This document shows, one piece after another, positions 56,321 through 64,000 of a DNA stretch of 64,000 bases. Numbering within the stretch: position 1 is the first letter of the stretch; each line of letters starts with the position of its first letter. The notes under the pieces are model-generated. The model searched no databases. It saw only the letters and a program-made list of their open reading frames with translations, and was not told the origin of the DNA. The position numbers and the translations under genes are program-made. Location: assembly GCA_002269645.1 (NCBI GenBank), contig NIVC01003423.1, forward strand, positions 1 to 64,000, written 5' to 3'. Origin of the DNA: Macrostomum lignano. Lineage: Eukaryota.

Positions 56321-58029
56321 TACTAGTGTTGTGAGTGCTATGGGCGATCGAAGGACTAATGAAGAAGCATATTATCCGATTTCTTTTAGAGGAGATCTAT
56401 GCCAGTTATTTATCTTCTCGTTTAATTAGCAGTGAGTAAAAAAATACGACAATTATATGCTGCCGCTTATAGACTCTACAATATCATCAGCAGAATACGT
56501 AAATTGAAGTCGTTTGAAACAAGAGTACGTAGATGGTAAGATGGCATGTATTTAGCTTCTTCCTAGTGAAATCAGTGAATTGTGTTGGTCGCTTACAGAA
56601 CCTATTCAGCTTCTCCGCTCATAGTCACTCCAGCATCAAGTGCTAACAATGCAGATTAGCTATGAACTGTATTGGAATGCTTTGCATCATGCATTTGCAT
56701 TTTAAATACAAGGACTTTTTCTCTCGTTCATTGGCAGGTATCGAGATGAGACAAAGCAATGTGCATTATGCTGCTGCCGATGCACAAGACGCAAGAGTGC
56801 ACGCAGGATCCTCGTGAGGTGAAAGAAGACGACGGTGACGACTACGACATGTATGACTATTCAGCCACATTGGACAGAAATTAGCTGTTAGCCGACGTAG
56901 CCGTATAAATGTTTGGTCACACTTCTCTGTGCCCGTGGCGTATGCAACATTTAATCCATGACCTCTTTGCAATATTGCACTACCATCAAACGCTGACGCT
57001 CTTTTTCTCGCTCTGTAATGCTGTAACCAGTTTTTTGTCCCCCCCCCTTGTCGAGTTTGAGAGAACTATGCAGCGCATTTTTTCGACAAGAGTTTTTCAT
57101 TGTCTTTTGTCAATGTGCAGTTTTACGGGTACATGTATATACTTAACTGAGTATTGTAAACATGTGCCTCTAAAATAAAACAGACTTCACTGCTTTTAAC
57201 TATGCTTTTTACGATAATTCGCTCTGTCATGTCCTGAAACATTCCTGTTTTATCGAATTCTCTTTTGATGATGACACAAATATGGTCACAAAGAATAGTG
57301 GGAGGTAGAGCCATATGGCGCGAGGTATAAAGTGATTTTACATGATTTTACATGATTTTACGAGAGGTATGATTTTACATTACAGTAGTCTCAATAGTTT
57401 ATCTCCCCCTATTGGCCTCCCTTTCTCCTTCTCGCCCTCTGTCTCTGCAGCACCTGTTGGTTAAAAATGAGAGGAAAGCTCGGCAAGAAAAGCCTCTGTG
57501 GAAAAGTCTCGTGCTCTCATAGCCTGACATCCTGCCACTTTTTAAATAGCCATGACTTTCCTGGTACATGGACATTTACATACGTAAGTTGTTTCCATCG
57601 GATTGAGACATGATTTATAACTAGTATAAGTATATTAGTAATAGTAAATTCAGTCAGTCTTATCATATACGAGCAGTGGCGGATCTAGAATTTCATTTTG
57701 GGAGGGGGCGGTCCAAGTTTGGGAGGCCAACATGAGTAATGAGGGGCACCAATTATGAGGGGGTGCAAAAATGCTGTACTGCTGAAAATAACGAACGGGA
57801 AACACGGATTGCATGTTATTAATTTAAATACGTACGAGTATTTGATTTGAGAAGCACAATATCGGGGAAAAGTTTTGCCTTCTCTGTGACGTGCTTGGCA
57901 AGTGCACATGCACTAGCTACATGGGGGGGTTCATAAGACCGAAATTTCACAACGCCGAAACCATACTTCACAAGACCGATACTTCATAAGACCGAAATTT
58001 CACAACGGCGGAGTTTTAACAAAAGCTCT

Positions 58030-58095
58030 CAGCCAATCGGAAAATTCAGCGTGCGTTAAAACAAATCGGCCGCGTGAGAGCTATAAAAGGCGGCA
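58030..58095 (+). promoter_or_regulatory. CCAAT box plus TATA box (CTATAAAAGG); candidate Pol II or retroelement promoter
   Basis: AGCCAATCGG at ~58031 and CTATAAAAG at 58081. No linked gene identified. Confidence 0.35.
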
Positions 58096-59622
58096 ACTCT
58101 AACTGCGCTCGAAATATCTCCCGGTTTTTGTCCTTGCCAATGCCTGGGGCGCTCAACTTGGCCTGATACGGCCTTCTGGCTCTTCCCCCTACGGTCCTGC
58201 CGATCTGATCCTCCTTCCCCCGGCAGTTTCGTCTTCAAAAGCTAAGTTCCCCCTGAGAAGCATCATCAATATCTCCCGGCAGTGATCTAAGAGCATGAGC
58301 AGCAACGACAACCGGCAAGTGAGGAGCAACAGCGTCGCGCGTCAGTTAAGATCAGCAGCAGCATACCATCTGAGTGTTTCGGTCTCTGTGGATTCCTTGG
58401 CTACCGGCAGATAGGTCCTCTGATTGGTTGGGTGAGAGGCTCTTTTGACCTGCTTAACTGGGTGCACCCTTTGTCTGACCCCTTCCTAGGTAGTCTGATA
58501 GGATTTGCACTTTTGCTTACTTGCTTTTGTGTGCCAATCTCGAGGCAGAAGTGTCAGTTAATATTAAAATTAGCCATTTGCTCGAACTCAATCTAAAGTG
58601 TTTAGGATTGCGGATTAAGTGAGAAAGCTAAATCTGGAAGTTAAAGACTTGGCGTTTTCATTCTTTTTCGCAATACCAGCTGAGATGAGCGGCTTAATCT
58701 AGAGGCAGAGGTCACGGTGGACCGGAAGCGGCACAGTTCCCAGTCAATCAGTCGATCTAAGAAATCATTATGTTAAGCATGCAAATTAAGTGCCAGACTG
58801 GCGCTTTCGCGCTGTCTCAGGCAGCTAAGCGGCTAAAACGAGATAAATATTAGTCTGAAGGTCTCCAAAAGTGACAATACATCTACACCATCGTTATCTG
58901 TCGACGTGTTTACACATTTAGTGCCAAAAGCGTGCAGTTACGTGTACTTATGCATGTACTTCTGGGAATTCGGTAATGAAATAGTACATTTAGTAGTGTA
59001 TGAAGGCTCGCCAGCGCAAGAACCCCCTGCAAAAGTCCTCTCTGTCCCTGCATGGCCAATGCGATCTTAGTCCCAGCAGCGTCCCTTCTATTCGGCTATG
59101 ACTTCGAGATAGACAGCTAAAAGACACTAGATGGCAGGTAAGTGCAGTGCCCCTCTAGTCGGAAGTCCGATTTCGATAGCTCCGGTTTGGTGAGCCGGGG
59201 CGCACGGACTGGTGGTAGCGGGTTAGTTAATCTGCGGATTAGCTAATCTCTACCTTTCAAATTCTCCCTGCTTGTCTCTCGCTGTCTTCTCCTAGCTATA
59301 GGACCTTGCTGCTCGCCCACAATCTAGCTACCATGGGGCTGACCATCTGACAGGAGTGAGAGGCCAGAGTTCTAAGTGATTCATTTCCGAATTCTGAGGC
59401 CCGAAGCTATAGGCTTAGAAAGGCCGAACCCATCAAATTGAAGAGAATGTCAGTTTTGATGAGCTACAGGTAAGTTTATCCCTTGCTCAAATTTCTGCCG
59501 AGGAAAAAGCCTGATCTATTTACTACATAAGTGGCTACGTTTACACAAAAATGCACAAAAACTTGACTAAAAATGCATTCTGCTCGCTGAGCCGTGGAGT
59601 GGATTTCAGCTGGACTACAGTA

Positions 59623-60236
59623 CAGTATGGCTAGGAAAGAAGTGCATTTGGGATAACTCCAGTAGTGGAATATAAAGGAAACTCCAGCATTGGAGCGAGT
59701 ACTGGATCGCTGATATAAATCCAGCATTGGAGCATCGGTGCTGGCTCCAATGCCGGAATTTCCTTATGCTCTAATGCTGGAGTCATACATGTATCAGCTC
59801 CAATACTGGAGCTTCGGTTTTGGCACCGGAAAAGTGCAAATAACTCTACCGGACGACCTTCTGGCGCTCTGGGACCGGCGCCAATCGACTCAGGGGGCCG
59901 AAATCTATCAGAAAATGTTGGTCGCATAGGCGCGAAAGGCACTCTGCAAATGCCAAAAAAATGTATCCCCCGGCCTAGGTGTACTTGTCAAATTCACACC
60001 TTATCAACCTGCTGCCGGTAAAGATTCTGCAAGTAAACCGGCTGTCCTGCAACTTGCAACTAATCAAAACTACGCAAGCCGCTGAGCAGTGTCGCACTAA
60101 ACTGCACGCTAAAATCTACCATCAATCTATAGTATTGGAGTCTACAAGGCTTCAATGCTGGAGTTTCCTTTATATTCCACTTTTGTACCTTTGTACTGGA
60201 GTTATGCCAAAATGCACTTCTTTCCGAGCCATACTG
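59623..60236. mobile_element. Tc1/mariner-type MITE (~615 bp) with ~75-bp TIRs
   Basis: CAGTATGGCTAGGAAAGAAGTGCATTT...GGAAACTCCAGCATTG versus the rev-comp of 60150-60236. TA on the left, TT on the right. Confidence 0.7.
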
Positions 60237-60599
60237 TTCCCCAAAACGATAGATTTGGCGCATGAAATTATACTCGATAATAGGTAAAGAAATTCTGCAC
60301 CAGCAGTACTTTACCGCTTGTCAAAATATTGAATAGTTGCTGAGATATCGATGCTACAATTTCGGTGAATTTCCAGTGCTCTTCAAATCAGCGCAAAATA
60401 CGTTTTTTAGTCCAGCTCAATCCACTTCACGGCTTCGTGTGGATTCACTTGCAATCAGTAAAAGTGGCAAAAGTAGAGATCTGTTTTGGTTGTTAAATAT
60501 TAAGCTTGCATGCAAAGGTATTATTAACTACCAAATAGCAGCACACAGGGACTCAATTCCAGTGTTTTTTAGAGCGAGGTGCTTGCCATCAGCTCCTGT

Positions 60600-61250
60600 G
60601 TGGTGCCAGAGCTGTTCGAAGGCAGCTTAGCTTGCAGTCAGAAATTTATTTTTCACTCCGACAGCCAAGCAGCCCTTCTGGCCGTCTGCTGCAGCACCAC
60701 CAACTCCAGATCTGTCCTGGACTGCAACGCCCGGCTCCATGCAGGGCTTGCGCTGGGCAACCAGCAGGTGGAGCTCAAATTGACCCCGGCCTACGATGTC
60801 ATGGTTTCCATCCCGGCAAGGCTGGCTCCGCCGGCACGCTTCTGGACCGGGCCCAGGGGCCCCCACCCCTGCGCCTCGGTGATTAACTCCCGCGTCAAGC
60901 ACTGGGCTGACTCTTAGCATCTCCGCAGGTGGCAGGATCAACACTCGAAATTGCAGGAAATCCCGTGCTGCTGTCCCCCTGCGTAGAGCCTTCCTTAGGC
61001 TCAACCTCAGGGATCTTAAGAGCATTTACATGTACATGGGCCCTCTCCGGGCATGCATGGCTGCTTCTCTCGCCACCGCTTCCTTCAGGGCCAGGTACTT
61101 GAGGAGCCGTGCGCGGTGCCCCAAGCTCTTCTGCCGCTCAACAGGCAGTAAAAACGCAGAACAATTTATCTGCCACTACCTGGTCTTCACCACTCACTCA
61201 CCCCGGCCCAACTCTCCGATGCTTGCAGGCCCGAGAGCATATCGATGCTC
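60600..61250 (+). pseudogene. Degenerate 3' fragment of a non-LTR retrotransposon (RNase H plus Cys/His region; I/R1/Loa-like)
   Basis: FIFHSDSQAALLAV...SRSVLDCNARL...NQQVELK (RNase H); TGPRGP...INSRVKHW; later LSGH, RHRFLQG and CR..G...AEQFIC across frameshifts. Confidence 0.7.
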
Positions 61251-62231
61251 ACCCGGTACCTCAGCTGAGTTTTCCCCACCGCCGGTGAGGAGGACCGTGC
61301 TGCAAGCGAGACCGACGCCCCCGGAAGGGACATCACTTCGATGGAAGTCATTCATGGTCGCCAGAGGCTAGCGGAATTGGGCGGTCTTCTTCGCCTCCTG
61401 ATCGCTGCATCCGCCGGATGATCTCCTCTGCAGCTAGGTCAAACATACTCGTGTGCATACTGGCACTAATCCATGATTGAACATACATGTAGGTGAAATA
61501 CTTGCGTGAGTTGCGTCAGTGTCAATACGCTCTTGCTCCAAAATACTTGAGCTCTTGTGCTAATCTCCATTCTAGCCGTGCTTGCTTTTGCTAGTGCGAG
61601 CTTGTTCATGCAACCCAATTTTGGTGCTATTTTTAAGCCTAGCTTACTTGAGGTAGCAAATTAGCCAGACTATGTGGATAGTTTGCCATTAGCTAAGGAT
61701 AGTTTAACATTCTGAGCAGGATGAGAGAATTTTCAGGCCGCCGCGATCCGAAATTCAAACCGCGACTTGCAGTCTGGTCAATTCTTTTGCACGAACGAAA
61801 TTTCTCAAATAAGTGTAACACAAAGTGAAAAAATTAGAAAACTACTTGGACGATTTGACCTTTCAAAACTGCACTAAAATGCGTGGCGCAACAGCCAAAT
61901 TACCGGGTGACATCGATCGAGCAAAAGTGCTTTTTTATTTGTTATTCGGACAAAAAATTACAGCTCTCAATAAACGCAAAGGTAATGTGCCGCTTGGATA
62001 GAAAAACTTTATGCAGCTACGCAAAAACAACTGAAGTAATACGCGCAACATAGAGCTGCCCGCAAAAACTTCAGCTACACAGCAACTACAAACCGCTGGT
62101 ACAGGACTGCGCATCGCCAGGGTGAGTCCCACGAACACGCATCACTTCAGACAATCGTTCAGATAATAAACATAGTTATTAAATAACCCTCACTTTGCCA
62201 CTGTTCGTTAAGGTCGAAACGGAACCGGACT

Positions 62232-62420
62232 GGATGATAGCACGCGGAGCAGCGATCGTCCTCCGCTTGAGCCGGCGGTCACTGCAGCCGAAGCGGCAGG
62301 CAGCAAACAGTCCTGCGATCGTCCTCCGCTTGAGCCGGCGGTCACTGCAGCCGAAGCGGCAGGCAGCAGACAGTCCTGCGATCGTCCTCCGCTTGAGCCA
62401 GTGGTCACTGCAGCCGAAGC
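62232..62420 (-). repeat. Inverted copy of the 63-bp repeat (~3 copies) with the shared CTGCTCCGCGTGCTATCATC end
   Basis: Rev-comp of 56130-56320. Confidence 0.92.
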
Positions 62421-62699
62421 CGCAGCATTCATCGGATCCTTGCAAAATAAAATATCTTTTCTGGCATTCCAAATCCCAAATGGCTTTCATAAACGCACAG
62501 TTCCCCGTTGGAAAGCCGAATACAAAGTGCGGCGTCAGCGTTAGCTGACTCGCATGTACGCACCTGAAATGGTGAGAGTGAAGCGTCTGAAGTAAATAAT
62601 GATGCATAGTGTTATATTTTTTAATAATACCGAAACGAAACAATCTTCTCAGTTTTGAACATAAATGGAGACAGTACTCAAGGGCACAGTGGGAGATAG

Positions 62700-64000
62700 C
62701 CTGGAAGTGGTTGCCATGGAAGGGGTAGCCTGGGAGAGTAGCCTGGAAGAGCTGCCTGGGAGGGTTAGACTGGAAGGGCTGCCTGCGAGGGGTAGTCTCG
62801 GAGCGCTGCCTTGGAGGGGTAGAGTGGAAGAGGAGCCTGAGAGGGGTTGAGTAAGAGGGGTAGCCTGGCAAGAGTAGCCAGGAAGGGTAGCCTAGGAGCG
62901 CTGTCTGGAAGAGGTTGATGGGAGATGAAGCCCGGAAGGCCGGCAGGATGTGGAGAAGCCGGCAGGATGTGGAGAAGCCGGCAGGGTGTGGGGAAGGGTA
63001 GCAGGGAGTAGGGAAGTCCAGCAGGAAGTGGGGAAGCCGGCAGGGTGTAGGGAATGCCAGAAGGGAGTGGGAAAGGCCTGCATTGATGGGGAAGGAAAGC
63101 AAGGTGTAGGGAAAGCCTGCATTGGTAGTGAAGATTACCAGGGTGTGGGGAAAGACAGCAGGGTGTGGGGAAGGACAGCAGGGTGTGGGGAAGGGTAGCA
63201 GGGAGTAGGGAAGGCCAGCAGGATGAGGGGAAGCAGGCAGGGTGTGGGGAAGGCCGGCAGGGTGTGGGGAAGGGTAGCAAGGAGTAGGGAAGGCCAGCAG
63301 GATGTAGGGAAGGCCGGCAGGGTGTGGGGAATGCCAGCAGGGAGTGAGGAAGGCCTGCATTGATGGGGAAGGACAGCAGGGTGTGGGGAAGGGTAGCAGG
63401 GAGTAGGGAAGGCCAGCAGGATGTGGGGAAGGACAGCAGGGTGTGGGGAAGGGTAGCAGGGAGTAGGGAAGGCGAGCAGGATGTGGGGAAGCTAGCAGGG
63501 TGTGGGGAAGGCCAGCAAGGAGTAAGGAAGGCTGGCAAGGGTGTGGGGAAGGCCAGCAGGGTGTGGGGAATGCCAACAGGGAGTGAGGAAGGCCTGCATT
63601 GATGGGGAAGGACAGTAGGGTAGGGGAAAGACAGCAGGGAATTGGGGAAGGACAGCAGGGTGTAGGGAAAGCCTGCATTGGTAGTGAAGACAAGCAGGGT
63701 GTGGGGAAGGACAGCAGGATGTGGGGAAGGGTAGCAGGGAGTAGGGAAGGCCAGCAGGATGTGGGGAAGCAGGCAGGGTGTGGGGAAGGCCGGCAGGGTG
63801 TGGGGAAGGACAGCAGGGTGTGGGGAAGGGTAGCAGGGAGTAGAGAAGGTCAGCAGGATGTGGGGAAGCCGGCAGGGTGTGGGGAAGGCCGGCAGGGTGT
63901 GGGGAAGGGTAGCAAGGAGTAGGGAAGGCCAGCAGGATGTGGGGAAGGCCGGCAGGGTGTGGGGAATGCCAGCAGGGAGTGAGGAAGGCCTGCATTGATG
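62700..64000 (-). repeat. Inverted copy of the 21-bp satellite including the 635-bp HOR type; runs off the window end
   Basis: ORFs 63360-63602 and 63599-63922 on + match those at 53869-54111 and 53549-53872 on - nearly or fully residue for residue. Confidence 0.93.

Noticed and set aside
56285-56330. Helitron-like 3' end (GCGGAG/CTCCGC hairpin then CTAG)
   Set aside because: The inverted sister copy diverges before the CTAG, and no 5' TC end or Rep/helicase is seen.
51543-56429. Many long Pro/Leu/Cys-rich ORFs (also at 62179-63995)
   Set aside because: Satellite translations.
57672-57720. CAGTGGCGGATCTAG, a possible transposon terminus
   Set aside because: No matching opposite end or TSD found in the window.

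Overview
Repeat-rich animal genomic DNA with spliceosomal GT-AG introns. The CpG-rich poly-Ala/poly-Gln exons and dense minisatellites suggest a Macrostomum-like flatworm, but that is inference only. Five host genes are supported: an intronless 1283-aa low-complexity protein with a possible diverged SH3+PTB (JIP1-like) C-terminus; a 3-exon N-acylated (MGC) globin; a STYXL1/MK-STYX pseudophosphatase; a 2-exon divergent homeobox gene (Asn51->Arg); and a >=10-exon MTUS1/2-like coiled-coil gene. Mobile elements: an internally deleted Tc1 element; a spliced THAP/P-element with ~85-bp TIRs and an 8-bp TSD; a Ty3/gypsy LTR element inserted in a 33-bp minisatellite; a 6.35-kb hAT element nested at that gypsy's PPT/3'LTR junction; hAT and mariner MITEs; a probable solo LTR; and a LINE RNase H relic. 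The most striking observation is inside the hAT: a signal-peptide plus lamin-tail-domain-like ORF is joined to the transposase by an in-frame GT-AG intron and separated from it only by one UGA. The right end holds two multi-kb satellite arms in inverted orientation around a ~5.9-kb core. All alignments and domain calls were made by eye; no database searches were run.
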